A DNA stretch of 64,000 nt, taken from positions 25,794,001 to 25,858,000 of the forward strand of contig NC_087252.1 in the NCBI RefSeq assembly GCF_037042905.1, read 5' to 3'. The position numbers and the translations under genes are program-made. Positions within the stretch are counted from its first letter, which is position 1; each line of letters starts with the position of its first letter. The notes under the pieces were generated by a model. The model did not search any database and was not told where the DNA came from. It saw only the letters and a list, made by a program, of their open reading frames with translations. This document shows, piece by piece, positions 37,739 through 51,551 of the stretch. The stretch is from Lytechinus pictus. Lineage: Eukaryota.

Positions 37739-38068
37739 CAAGACAGACATACATATAGATAGATAGATAGATAGATAGATGGATAGATAGATAGACATAT
37801 TTAAACAGATAGATATATATATTAGACAGAGAGAGAGAGAGAGAGATCGATAGATAGACAGATAGATAGATATACTGTAGGTCTGCAATATAGACAGACA
37901 GACATATGGATAGATAGATAGAGTGAGAGAGAGAGAGAGACATATTCAAACAGATAGATATATATTAGACAGAGAGATAGATATGTCATGTAGGTAGATA
38001 GATAGACAGACAGATAGATAGATAGATTTTAACATAGACAGCGGATAGATAGACGGATATGATTAGAT
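37473..38068. repeat. (GATA)n/(GA)n microsatellite
   Basis: Direct inspection. Confidence 0.97.
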
Positions 38069-38169
38069 ATCAAAAAAGTAATTATAATCTGTTTTATTTT
38101 GCAATATTTTAACTATTATTTATTAGAATTCTTATAATTGATCGTGCGCAAGTAAAAAAAAAAAAAAAT

Positions 38170-38756
38170 CATGTTCACCCGCGGACTCGAACCCCTGCCC
38201 GCATGATTGAATGAGATGCAAGTCTGACGCCTAACCGATTGAGCTAGAATATTTCCCATAGACTTTACACGTAAGGAAAATACGAGAATCTCAAATCCAA
38301 TTTTGCAAGTGAAATACGGGCATGATCCCGGCATCTGATCGAAAAATAAAGGCAACACTTCCGAAAGCTTAGAATCTCAGCTACAACAAATTAAAAGCTC
38401 AGGGATAGCTGACAAGAAAAAAATGGAGATATGACTCACGAAATAAAGGAATGTAGAATCTAGTTTTGAGAAAAAGTCATGTCCCATAGAGATTACACGC
38501 AAAATGAGTAAAAATGACACGCCTTTATTATTTGCAATTTTTGAGGATGATCCGTTTATAGAAATGAAAAATAAAGGCAAAAATTCAGAAAAAGTAAGAC
38601 CTAAGCTACAACACATCGAAAATTGGGCGAAATTTGATCAATATTCACGGAGTTAGAGCCAAATTTGAATAATAATAATGACGTCATAACACGCAAAATT
38701 GATATTTTGACTTCCGACGCCATTTTAATGACGTCATAATATACGTTAGGGTCCAA
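38170..38756 (-). mobile_element. Repeat fragment with a tRNA-like segment and ~230-bp duplicated core (possibly Helentron-type)
   Basis: Minus-strand A box TAGCTCAATCGG and B box GGTTCGAGTCC at ~38180-38246. CCCATAGA.TTTACACG motif at ~38255 and ~38483. Confidence 0.4.
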
Positions 38757-41313
38757 TCAACGAACGTAGAGGGCAGCAACACACAAGCGTGTTGCTCTAA
38801 GGAAGGTCAACTCCGCTCGAATTTTGTGACCACTCTAAAAAAATAAGGTGGGGTTTTGGGAAATTTGTCGAGTTGATTTTTTTTTCATTTGTTAATTTCA
38901 AATATTTTTTTAATGAACAATTATTAGATCGGTTATTCTGGGTAAAAATATTACAGATATTACTTTCATTTTTAAAGAAAATATTTAGCTTAAATAATCA
39001 TGATTTTGACATTTTTCCTCATTTTGGAATATTAAGTCTATGACGAGGATACCTCATATCTCTTATTTTCTTCTGCTGAATTTCGCTGCACCACTAATTA
39101 ATGCATAGACAACCACCGTAATAATCGAGGTCATTTTTCTGGCCTGGGTGCGCCGAGTCTGGGCCGGTCGCGCAGCTAGCTAGTGACGTTGATGATGCGC
39201 TGGGGCTTCAGGCGACTCGTCATAGACCTTCTAGCAACATAGACAATGACGTCCAATTTGCCTAGTCTGATTTGAAGTGCAATTGCTTCAGGGCTGATGT
39301 TTATCAACGATGATTGTTCAAGGTTAGATTTCAAATTTTTAATTTCATTCGACTTTTAAATCTATAAATCTGAAATAAAGGCGCTGTTTCCCCGAAATCC
39401 GGGTCTAAATTTCAACTTCGAGTCCGAGACTATGGACGGCGAAAAAAACCCATGCATTGGCTGCGCGCTGCGCTGCAGCTGCACAGCCAGGCTGCGTCGC
39501 GTCGAAAGTCGATTGAGCAACCAAACTTCCAAAGCCAAATTAAAGCTTAAATAAACGGCCACCTATCCACATTTTCCCTGGTTTTCTTCAATAATTTCTA
39601 AGAAAATCAGCCAATTGATGGAAACTGATTGCAATGTTACATCGTTTGGCAGAGTGCCATCATCGTTTTGCGTTAGACCTAACCCAGTAACTTAAAGTTA
39701 GGGTAGGCCTGGACTAGGGATGGGGGCTAGATTAGACCATCTTAATTTCTGATTTTGGGCAGAAAGTTGATTTGATAGACAGCATCCATATCTTAATTTG
39801 ACCATTGATTCTCTGCAATCAATGTTTAAAGACTTACGTAATTTGTTTGCCATATTGCAATTGGTTAATTTTCCTGGGCCTGGCCTGTGTTTGGCCGGCA
39901 GAACGCGTAATTTTTGTTTGAGAAATTTCGAAAGCGAAAGAGCAAAGTGACTGAGCTTGTCGTGATTTTATATGCATTTTCTAAAGTGAATTTCAAGGAT
40001 TTCATGTCTAACGCTAAGGCCTAACGGTAACTTGTCAACCATATAATCTTCTAGATCTAACAGTTAGACTCAAGGAATTTACCCTGTAGGCATTTAACGG
40101 ACTAAAAAATCATAACCTCCTAGCGGCTAGCCCATGCAGGCTGGCCTTAATTTAAACCAAAGTTAGCACGCATGGACCAACCCTCAAATGGTCTAGGTTT
40201 AGGCGTCCTATATATGACAGGGTGAAATCCGTCTGTTTTGAGTTTATTATTATTATTTTATTATTTTTTTGTTTTTACATAGACTATCTCATACCAACAA
40301 GTCGTGCTAGATCTATTCTAGATCTACTTAAAGTTAGATATCCAGTGTGGAACAACATCTTAACAGATCGAGACTGGTCAAAGCATTTGTCTAGTTAGAC
40401 TAATAAAGTTAGATCTTTAGACTTGGGTCTATCGATCAACTAGACAGGAATAACCGTCGTTTTTGGGGATTTATTCAACAATTTCTGACATATTACTATA
40501 ATCTCCATCGGTGAGAGTGAGCCAGCGCAGGTCAGCAGAACAACCAAAATACAGAGACTGAAGCTTTGGGTCTATCGATCAACATGATCAAGATCTAAGT
40601 TAGATGTAGACTTCACTTATTACTGATTGGAATGTATTTCTAAATTTATAAGTTTTTGGGAAAATGGTGAAAAGAAATGAAATACTACTGATATATGTAC
40701 GTGAATAAGTTTGTTTAATACCCATTGGCACTGCTGCCGGTTCTAATAAATAAATGAGTCACGGCCTATGGGCTGCAGATAAATGCTGATCAACGCCTAG
40801 CAGAACAAGTACCAGTGCTAGACTAGGGGTTGAGATCTAAGCAGACGACGGAGCATAATGTAGCATAGAGTGATGATGGGTTCAGCGAAGAGCTCAGAGA
40901 AAATAAGGTGGTTATATTCAATCCCGAAATGCTTTGCGAGTGGTCACAAAATCGTCTCGGCGCAAATCACCTAATACAGCCGTCTGGTGAAATCGCTGAT
41001 AACAACAATCACCGATTTGGTAATGATTTTAGTTTCCTGAAACTTATATTTGTAAAGTTTTAAATATCAAAGTATGTTTTTATATGTAAGTATATTCCTC
41101 AACATATTTTTAAATGTTATCTTTGACATTGTTGTAGTCATATTCTTTCATATTCGTTTCTTGATCGCTACTAATTTGTTGTTGTATTGGATCGGCATTT
41201 GATTTCGTTGGCATGAACAATAAAATACGCGCGCAGCTCAGCTGCATGCGCGTATCGAGTTGACCTTCCTTAGAGCAACACGCTTGTGTGTTGCTGCCCT
41301 CTACGTTCGTTGA
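38757..41313. mobile_element. Non-autonomous DNA transposon with perfect 57-bp TIRs and apparent 4-bp TSD, superfamily unassigned
   Basis: TCAACGAACGTAGAGGGCAGCAACACACAAGCGTGTTGCTCTAAGGAAGGTCAACTC at 38757-38813 and its exact reverse complement at 41257-41313, with CCAA on both flanks. Confidence 0.88.
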
Positions 41314-41555
41314 CCAACACCCACAAATTATCAGATCCCCACACAGTCGTTTTCTAATGTTAGGAAGTTCAAGACCCCACGCCCAGCACCAAAAGAAGAC
41401 AATTTTCTAACAGCAGCTAGCAATGAACAACTTGTTACTTTCTTTGCCAAATTACTCATGAACTTTGCAAAAGACCAATCAGAGGCGGAAATTATGTCTT
41501 TTATCAGAACAGCCGCGGAACAACTTCCAGCACAAGCAAGCTAATAAGTGTTATA

Positions 41556-44500
41556 ATGCCCGCGCTCGTCATTTTACAATGGAACGCGCAGGGAATGCAA
41601 GGGCACGGTGATGAACTAGTTAAATATTTACATTGTAAAAGATATGAAATTATCCATTTAATATGTTTACAAGAAACATGGTATCAAGGTTCTCAATCAA
41701 TACATATTCCTAATTATACTTGTTTTTCTAAAAGCAGAAATTCCCGAAGAGGAGGGGGATGTGCATTCTATATTCATAACTCATTGGATTACGAATACAT
41801 ATCTCTAAATGTAGATTGCGAAATGCAATCAATTAATATACACATGGACAAGTCTTTTATTACAAATATTAATTGCTATAATCCATGTGAAAAACTAAAA
41901 GAATACGACTTAAATTTACTCCTTCAAAAAGTCAAGGACACCTCGAAATTATTGATAGTAGGAGATTTTAACTCCCATAACACTCTATGGGGGAGTGAGA
42001 AAACTGATAGCAACGGTCATTTAATTGAAAACTTTCTTGCCCTAAATAACCCCGTCATACTTAATAATGGTTCTGGGACTCGATTAGATCCACATACAGG
42101 TAAAATATCTTGTCTTGATTTATCCATCACCTCACCCTCTTTAGCTATTAATTGTGAATGGCAGGTCCTATCTGACAATTGTGGCAGCGACCACTTCCCT
42201 GTCAGAATTGATTTGCATCTTAGGAAAGCCCCAACCATGAATGATCCAGATCACTACCCAACCAAAAAATGGTCTCTTAAACATATGAACTGGTCAAATT
42301 TTCGGAAGAAGTGCTAGGAACACTTTAGAAACACATACCCTAGTACAACGAGTGCATTGAACGCTTCAGAAACCTATGACCTTTTCATAAAACTAATCAC
42401 AAGTGTTCTGGAGGAAACTACCCCACCTTTTAAAAAACACAAACAAAACCCAACTCCCTGGTGGACAAACGATTGCACTACCAAAATAAGGGAACGAAAT
42501 AAAGCAAAAAACAAACTAAGGAAAAATCCATTCCAACAAATTTTGGAACACTATAGAAAAAAAGAAAGCAGAAGCGCAAAGACTCGTTAGACAGGCAAAA
42601 CGGCAATATTGGCGGGAACTCTGCTCTAAATTTAATCGATTTACGCCCCTAACGATGATATGGCGATCTGTAAAGAGACTAAATGGTTCACAAACTAAAC
42701 CAACCAATAAAATTCCAGTTCTTCATGCAGACGGTAGGATAATTACCGCAGACGAAGAAAAGGCAAGCGCATTCGCACAAAGCTTCACGTCTACGGGAAA
42801 AAACAAATCCCATATCAAAGAAGAGGAGATTAATAAAGAATTTAATGATCTCCCCTTTAAGGAAATGGGCGGTAAACTTGCCATTAATGAACCCTTTGAC
42901 ATGACAGAACTAAATTATATTCTGAAAACGAAAAAAGAATCAACGCCCGGGGAAGATAACATTGGATATCAGGTATATAAGAATCTTCCAACGAACGCAA
43001 AAGAAGCCATGCTTATGTTAATCAACAAAATATGGGAATCCGGTGAAATTCCACCCTCGTGTAAGCATTCCATAATGATTCAAATTTTGAAACCAAATAA
43101 AGACCCCACATTAACAAATTCATACCGCCCCATTTCCTTAACTTCTTGCCTTATGAAAATAATGGAAAGTTTGGTTAAAAAAAAAGAGACTCCAGTTTTA
43201 TTTGGAAAAAACACAATATACTATCCCCAATTCAGAATGGATTTAGAAGGGGACGCTGTACCTTAGATAATATTATACATCTTGAAAATAGTATCCAAAA
43301 GAATCTGGAAGTCGGTACGAAGACGATAGCTGTATTTGTAGACCTAGAGAAAGCGTTCGATTCATTGTGGACCAAAGGACTTTTAGTCAAATTAGGCAAA
43401 ATAGGACTGAAAGGCAACATACTTCTCTACATCTATAATCTTCTATCGCGTCGTACTTCCCAAGTCCGAATAGGAAAGCAACTTTCTCCATGTATGGAAA
43501 TTAACAATGGTCTCCCCCAAGGGAGTACACTTAGTCCAGAATTGTTCAATATAATGCTACATGACATTCCTATTTCACCTTACGTATACAATCTGTTATA
43601 TGCAGATGATTGCGTTATCTGGATACACCGAAGTGACTTGAAAGAATCTAGCGAATGTATTCAAGAATATTTAAATGAATTGAACAATTGGTTTTCATCA
43701 TGGGGATTGAATATATCTCATGACAAAACTCGTACAATGCTATTCTCACGTTCAAATAGAGAAGAACATTTCAGGATCACTTTGAATGAATGTATTCTCG
43801 TTCCACAAAAAGAGCACAGATATTTAGGTGTATTATTTGATAAGAGATTGACATGGAAGCCACATATTGATAGCATTGTTCAGAGATGTAAACAAAAAAT
43901 AAATGTACTTAAATGTATTGCTTACAGCCCATTTTGTAACAGCGCGCAGGAAACCCTCCAGGTATATAGAGCCATCATACGGTCACTGATGGATTACGCC
44001 TGCGAAGCATACAACTCTGCAACAACAAATGTAAAAAATATATTGAACTCGATCCAATATCAGTCCCTGCTAATCTGTGCTGGAGCAAGAAAAGGAACTT
44101 CTCTCAGAACATTACAGGTAGAGCTGGGGGAGATGCCTTCAGACTTACGTCGGGAAATGCTAAGTGTCAAATTGAAAAAAACGTATTGAAAGTATCCCAA
44201 ACCACCCTTTGATGGAGGACTTGAAAGATTGTTGGCAATTTAACATACAAGTGAATCAAAATACTCGGGAACCCTTTGGTCAAAGAGTGCTAGTATCGAC
44301 CACCGATTTTATCATACAAGATTGAGGACATGTTTATTACAACACCCATTCCAAAGTGGCATTATGAGACCACATCAGTATCAAATGAACTCAGTGACCT
44401 TATTTCCAAGGCAGACAACCCCTCGCTCCAAAAACAGAGAAGTATAGAACTTATTAATCAGAAGTGGCCAAACCACCTACATATATTTACGGATGGCTCA

Positions 44501-44921
44501 AAGTCTCCAGACACGCTTCAATCATGTAGAGTCCAAAAGACTACACAACAATACATCCTCTTACAGAGCAGAATTAGCTGCGATTATTCTGTCACTATAT
44601 TGGTTAAACCAAATATAGGTGCCAGGATTACTCACAGGAGCGGTTATTTTCTGTGACTCTTGGAGCACTAGAAGCACTAGCGTACCTACGGGGGGGGGCA
44701 GGGGGGGGGCAGGGGGGGGGGCACTCTGCCCCCCCTGACGAGTCACAACCCATGCAAAAACGTATCTTTGCCCCCCCTGACGGGCTTGAAAAACCTTTTT
44801 TGCCCCCCCCCCCCTGACGAGCTTTAAGACCTTCAATGGCCCCCTGACGAGCTTGAAGACCTTTTTTTTTGTTGCTTGTCAAATTTTTTCTGGTACGAAA
44901 TCCTTTATTTGTGATCGAAGA

Positions 44922-44957
<36 letters not shown>

Positions 44958-45649
44958 TGTCAAATTTTTTGGCGGACGGTTTTGCCCCCCCCTATGGAAA
45001 ATCCTAGGTACGCCACTGACTAGAAGCTTTAAAAAACAACAATGAAGAACAGTTCATTTATGAGTTTTTGATGCTCCAGACACAACTTCATCATAAAGGA
45101 ATACATATCTGTTATGAGTGGATACCTGGGCATTGTAATATCACTGGTAATGAAGGGGTAGATAAGGCCGCCAAAAGTGCTTTAATACACCCCACAATTG
45201 ACATCCATAATAAACTAAATAAAAGAGAATCAAATAGTATGATCAAATTGTATTATATGCAAAAATGACAAAATAGATGGGAGGAAACTGTATCCCCCTT
45301 AAAAAGAATTCAAAAAAATGTAGCAGGAAATTTTAAGTGTTCCTTGAACCACAAGAATAGTGAATCCATTTTGCACTGTCTAAGAATGGATAATATAGGA
45401 ATAAACCAAAACCTATTTCTTTTCAAAACACACCTAACTGGATTATGCGATGTTTGTGGAGTGCCCGAAACAACAAGACATTTTCTAACTGAATGCGCAA
45501 AATATATTATAGAAAGAACAATGCTGTTAGTGGATACAGACTGCCAAGAGGCAGCAGATCTCGAGGGAGTATTGTCTTCCGCAGAAACTTCACACCAGAG
45601 AGCACTTGTGTCTTTCGTAAGAAGGACACATAGACTCTCTTATTTTTAA
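41556..45649 (+). pseudogene. I-group LINE ORF2: APE endonuclease, RT, RNase H, C-terminal zinc finger
   Basis: LQWNAQG, CLQETW, GDFNSH, GSDHFP; SYRPISLTS, GLPQGSTLSP, LYADD, RYLGV; IFTDGSK, WIPGHCNITGNEGVDKAAK; CDVCGVPETTRHFLTEC. Several stops and frameshifts. Confidence 0.92.
44675..45018. mobile_element. hAT-like MITE inserted in the RNase H region
   Basis: TIRs CACTAGCGTACCTA / TAGGTACGCCACTG and an 8-bp TSD ACTAGAAG (44667-74, 45019-26). Confidence 0.9.
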
Positions 45650-46725
45650 GTTCTCTCTGCATAACATATTATAAGATATAGCACCTGTAATAAATGTATA
45701 TAATATGTTTTATTTTGTTTGTTTTTTCCTCTCTCTAAAATTACTTGTATTTTGGCTACTGCATTTTGAAGTTCCCCTTGAGTCTATGTACACAGGTGTC
45801 ACCCATCTACGAATCGATAGAATATTCCAGATAACCATGTAAAACATATAACATTTAATAATAACACATGAAATTAATTGCACCGATCACAAGCCCAGAA
45901 TGTGTGCATTAATTAATTGTTTCCTTATATTTGGTTATGATATATCATACAGTAACATGTATTTTATATTACACACTTTTTATTTTCTCTTTTCAAACTT
46001 CGGAAGGAGAGGTCTGTTTGACAGGCATCACACTGTCTTGGTTGGGTATTGGGGGGGGGGGGGCTAGGCAGTGCTTGCTTTTATTAGCAACCACGCGCAT
46101 GCTGAAAAGCCCGTTCAAATTACTGAACCAGGTTGGCCAGAAAATACTATTCAAACAATCAAGGATTTGTGATGAGCCGCCTTTCACGATCTCATTCAAA
46201 TTTGCTGAAAGCAGCGCTAATCCATTATGCGTCAAATTTTATAACCACAAAACGACAAATTGATCATAGGCGTAAATATTCATATCTGAATGACATGCGC
46301 CTCAAAACCCAAGATAACAACAACAACAACAATTTCTGTGTTTATTTTAGGATATATATCAAAGAAGCCTGAAATACGTTCGTGGGATACTGTGTAAAAA
46401 AAAAAATCAAAAGCACTTTTTTGTGATACTGTGTAAAAAAAAAAAAGAGAATTCTGCAAAATCCACGGATGAATCCACGGACTTTGCAAGATCCACAGTC
46501 CCCGGATTCGCTTTTGTGATTCACAAAGGTGGACTCGACCGAATCCACGGATTCGACCAAGCCTATTACGTCACGATTTCGAGTCAACTGTTTGGGGTGA
46601 TCTGAAACAGTGGACTCCACCGAATCCGTGGATTTTAGGCGAATTGGCCAATCACAGCGCAGCATTTGGGTACATTTTTGTGCAGACAACGACCGCTGCA
46701 CGATAATTTTGCAGCAAAATTTAAA

Positions 46726-47740
46726 CGCTCGATAAACAGTGTTTATCGCTCGATAAACAGTGTTTATCGCCGATAAACAGTGTTTATCGCCAAAAAACAC
46801 TGTTTATCGAGCGATAAACACTGTTTATCAAGCGATAAACAGTGTTTATCGAGAGAAACTATGTTTATCGACTGAAAAACACAGTTTCTCTCGATAAACA
46901 GTGTTTTTCGGCGATAAACAATGTTTATCAAGCGATAAACACTGTTTATCGAGAGAAACTGTGTTTTTCAGTCGATAAACATATAAACAGTGTTTATCTG
47001 AATTATTGGTCAAACGGCGCGCCATAAGTGCGCGCCATTTGCCCAATAAATCAGATAAACAGTGTTTATCGCCGATAAACACTGTTTATCGAGAGAAACT
47101 GTGTTTATCAGTCGAAAAACATAGTTTCTCTCGATAAACAGTGTTTATTGCCGAAAAACACTGTTTATCGCCGATAAACACTGTTTATCGCCGATAAACA
47201 ATGTTTATCAAGCGATAAACACTGTTTATCGAGAGAAACTATGTTTTTCAGTCGATAAACACAGTTTCTCTCGATAAACAGTGTTTATCGCTTGATAAAC
47301 AGTGTTTATCGGCGATAAACAGTGTTTATCGGCGATAAACAGTGTTTTTCGGCGATAAACACTGTTTATCGAGAGAAACTGTGTTTATCAGTCGAAAAAC
47401 ATAGTTTCTCTCGATAAACAGTATTTATCGCCGAAAAACATTGTTTATCGCCGATAAACAATGTTTATCAAGCGATAAACACTGTTTATCGAGAGAAACT
47501 ATGTTTTTCAGTCGATAAACACAGTTTCTCTCGATAAACAGTGTTTATCGCTTGATAAACAGTGTTTATCGGCGATAAACAGTGTTTATCGGCGATAAAC
47601 AGTGTTTTTCGGCGATAAACACTGTTTATCGCTTGATAAACAGTGTTTATCGCTCGATAAACAGTGTTTTTCGGCGATAAACACTGTTTATCGGCGATAA
47701 ACAGTGTTTATCTAAATTATTGGTCAAACGGCGCGCCATA
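46726..47740. repeat. Foldback array of ~19-21-bp palindromic units CGATAAACA-N-TGTTTATCG
   Basis: Dozens of palindromic units. TIR-like ends TTATTGGTCAAACGGCGCGCCATA at ~47003-47026 and ~47717-47740, with an inverted end at ~47029-47055. Confidence 0.9.
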
Positions 47741-48475
47741 CGAGTTAGTGAAAAGATTTCTCGCGGAAATGGTTTTGTGTAGCCCCATAAGTACATTTCT
47801 GTTTTTGTCTTTCGCGAGCTCTGTGACACGGCTGGACGTTCTCGTTGAAGTTAGACGATTAGACCCTTGACTTTTTCCCCTTTTCACTCGGTTCTTCCAA
47901 AATTTCTGATTCCTCCTGACCCTGTCGCTGGATTTTCTTAGATCTACATGGTCTATCCTACTCTAGCCTGCACGCCTGAAGGCTCCTGGAGAGTAAAAAT
48001 CAGTCGAGTTGTACTACTAGTACCGTACTCTACTAGACTACGTCTACGGTACAAAAGTCTCACTCTCACTCTCAGATTTGTCAGAATGATAATCAGATTC
48101 AGAACTGACAGAATTTTAGTTAGTACTATCCATGGTCATGATGGTCATGAGTATGCCTACGGGCCGGCTATGACTACGTAGGCTCCGTAGGCCTAGACTG
48201 ATTTCTACTCTCCAGGCTAGTCTTTTCAGAAATTTTAAAGATTTCATTTGAGATGATGAATCGTTTCAAAGAAAATAAATTTGGGAGAGCAGTCATGTAT
48301 TTTTATTTTAGCAAAGATGGGACAATTTTCAAAATACAGATTTGAGAGAATTTTGTCAAACTGTAATCTCAATGTCTGAATCTCATTCTAGTCTCGTGCT
48401 CATCTTTCTTATGACTATTTTATTTGCCATTGAAACTTAATCCTATGTCAATTTCATTTTCTATGCAGAACGAAA

Positions 48476-49272
48476 ATGGCAGAAAATCACCGTGCTCATT
48501 TAATGCATCTTGATCATGTCAACAGGCTCAGAGAGGTAAGCTTTTGTTTTGATTGAACAATAAACTGATGCAGTGCTTATTGCAAAATATTACCCTTTTT
48601 ATAACTGACAAATTATGACTTGTTTCTAAATATGGAGGTGATGTTGGTTGAAGCACTAGTGATGAAACCAACATGGCAAATTTTCGTTCCTACTTGCACA
48701 AGCAGTGACAATTTTCATCTAAGATATAAAAAAATGGATGGAGTCAAAATGAATGAAAGGAGTACGGCAATTAAAGCAGCAGATTATTTGAAACATGTGA
48801 CTTGATGTATACAATGCATACAGTGTATATTAATGTAAAACAAATAGGAAAAGAAAAACAAACTTAATCCTAAATAGACTGGGCTATTTCCATACGGTAC
48901 CTAAGAAGACGAGGGGGGGGGGCTGAATGTTTGCAAACCTTACTTATTGTTCAGGGAATCTTGAATTACTGTTTTTTTCATGTTTATCTACTCTAATTCT
49001 TTTTCATGTATACACAGATAGCCAATTGGCCCAGACCCTGACTGGATTCCTTTTGAGTTGTACATGGATGAAGCCTTTCGAATGCGGTATCGCTTCTCAA
49101 AAGAGACTGCACTCCATCTCATCAACATGCTTGAGGGTGATCTGAGGAGGAATACAGAACGTAGTGAACCTCTACCTGTTGTCATATGTGCCATCGATGG
49201 GACTCATGTCTACATTAGGAGTCCTGTTGGGGAACAAGCCCTGTACTTCCTTAACCGGAAGAACAGGTATTC
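48476..49272 (+). pseudogene. Harbinger (HARBI1-like) DDE transposase remnant, two exons
   Basis: Exon 48476-48535 (MAENHRAHLMHLDHVNRLRE|GTAAG). Exon from 49018 encodes PFELYMDEAFRMRYRFSKETALHLINML, AIDGTHVYI and YFLNRKNRYS. Has a stop, a frameshift and an internal deletion. Confidence 0.8.
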
Positions 49273-50138
49273 TGTCACTGCAGATTGCATTTCCAATATA
49301 AATGTATACTCTGTTATGCCAGTCTGAACTTTTGGGAAAGGGTCGATAATGTGACTTGTACTCCTATCACCATTCCAATGTCACTAAAATATAATAGCGG
49401 TCATTGACTTTTTTTAAGCATTGAAATTTAGATAGTTTTTTTTCGCACCCTCTCTTTGTAATGTACTGTACAGTTTTTATTCAAGTCTTTTAAATATGCT
49501 CTTGAGCATTTTCCTTAAAAGTTTATTATCTAGACATTAGACGCTACAGACTGAGAATCTAAGTGAGTCTTTCGATATTTGTGTTTGATATATGAACATA
49601 TATACAAAATCTTATAATTCCATTGTATTTCTTTAAGTTTAGTGTGAAATCATTCAGACAAAGACCAGATCCTTCTCCTATTAGGTTTGCTTTAAAAAAT
49701 GAATACTCACTATCTTACTGTCATGCTCTTCATGTATTTTTCAATTGATAATGCCGAAGTCATATATCAATAAATTCAATAAATACTTAATCATCATAGA
49801 GATTGAAGAATATGTGTATATTAATAACATAAATATAATATATTATTACCCATATTTGACATCTGAGCTGGACATCTAAAATGTATTGCCCTATAGTTTT
49901 CATGAATATTGATAATGAGTCAGGTACTGTTACTACTGTATACTATAATTGTTTTTCTCAGTCTTTCTAGTACAATGTCATCCATTACAACATAATTCCT
50001 AATTTATGAATAGATATCTATATACAGTTTTTATGATATCAATATTCAAATGAATTCTCCCAACCACATCAGCAAATCAAGGACTTCTGTAATTTCTTTA
50101 GCTGTAAGTATTTAATATAACCTGCAGTATTGTTTATG

Positions 50139-50745
50139 CAGTGCGTCCCAGAAAAAACGAAACCGAGATTTATCGATGATTTATAATAACTTAATCACAA
50201 ATTCAATAGACAAATGACCTACCATTGTAAATCTCCTCTTTCATCTAAAATTACTTAGATTATTTCTCATTCATGCATGAGTGAGCAAAACAATTTGAAA
50301 AGGGGATACCAAAAAGTCATCTGGCGGGCTCTATCTGGGTTTCAAAAAGAAAAGCACGTTTTTAAAAAGTTCAATATCTGTTCTGTAATCTGATACTTCA
50401 ATTACAGAAAATGGTCAAGAAATAACAAAGTTCTGGTTATTTGAAATAAGGCTTGAATTTCAATAATTTCATAAAATGAAGAGGGTTTACAGGCTAGCGT
50501 TGAAACTCACTCGACACTCCGTTTTGTTGACGATCAGCCATGCATTAAGTCTTTTGTTAACCATGTGATAGCTTCTGTGGGAAACCGGTGAAAACACGTT
50601 TATTTAATGAAACTTGTTGACCATTTTTTGTGATTAAGGTATCAAATAAAAGAGCAGATATTGAACTTTTTAGACATGTGATTTTCTTTTTGAAATTCAG
50701 ATACCCCCCCCCCCCGGCCAAATTAGTTTTTTCTTGGACGCACTG
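50139..50745. mobile_element. Tc1/mariner-type MITE (older)
   Basis: TIRs CAGTGCGTCCCAGAAAAAAC / GTTTTTTCTTGGACGCACTG. TA flanks are degenerate. Confidence 0.7.
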
Positions 50746-50753
50746 AACAATTA

Positions 50754-51451
50754 TAAATCCCTCAAAAAAAGTTTGGAAATCTGTGTTTGGCCATTAATTT
50801 CTCCCAACTTACACAATGCATATTTTACATCATTTAAAAGATCAATTAATTCTCTTTAAAATGATACCATGCTTGTTATGATTATGCCATCGTGAAAAGA
50901 GCAGGATTCAAAAGTGTTGGATGAGGTCTGAATTGAAAGCTGCAAAACGAGCAGAAATAGTCATGAAGGGTCAATACAGAACCTGATTCTTTTTTCTGTG
51001 TCAATACAGATACAAATCCAGTCAAATCTAGCCCCTGCTTCTGTCGTGATGGTACTGTGAGATAACATGGTTTGAGTCGTGGTTTGAAATACATATGTTT
51101 GTTTGTTTGTTTGTTATGTGTTTGCTTGTGCAGGGGTTTGTTTGATTCCATGTTAATGTTGATGTTAAGGTGCATGAAAACAATGAAAAGAAACCGATGA
51201 GAAACCCACTCATCATAAATAAAAAAAGAACAGTGACTTTCAATATTGTGTCATTTTGCAACTTTTGAATTTTGACCTTATCCCACATTTCAAGGCACTG
51301 CACCTCCATGTGAACCATAATCATATCATGTAGGGTATCATTTTAAAGAAAATCAAATGGTCTATTCATTGATATTAATTACACATTGATATTTAGTCCG
51401 AGGAGGGATTATCGATCAAAGTCAGATTTCCAAACTTTTTTGAGGAGTTTA
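50754..51451. mobile_element. Tc1/mariner-type MITE
   Basis: TIRs TAAA.CCTCAAAAAA(A)GTTTGGAAATCTG / CAGATTTCCAAACTTTTTTGAGGAGTTTA with TA flanks. Confidence 0.75.
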
Positions 51452-51551
51452 TATTATTGGATTATAATTTTTATTGAATTCAATTATTAACAGAATATGT
51501 GTACATGCATGGATAGACCATAATTGATATTTTATTAATTAATCCTCGGAA

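Larger units (their letters stand above)
36394..45649 (+). mobile_element. Decayed I-group (I/Nimb-like) LINE with ORF1 and ORF2, interrupted by nested insertions
   Basis: Zinc-knuckle ORF1 followed by an APE-RT-RNase H-zinc finger ORF2. The 3' end beyond the stop codon is not resolved. Confidence 0.85.

Noticed and set aside
46726..47740. CRISPR-like palindromic repeats
   Set aside because: No spacers. The units abut each other and the context is eukaryotic.
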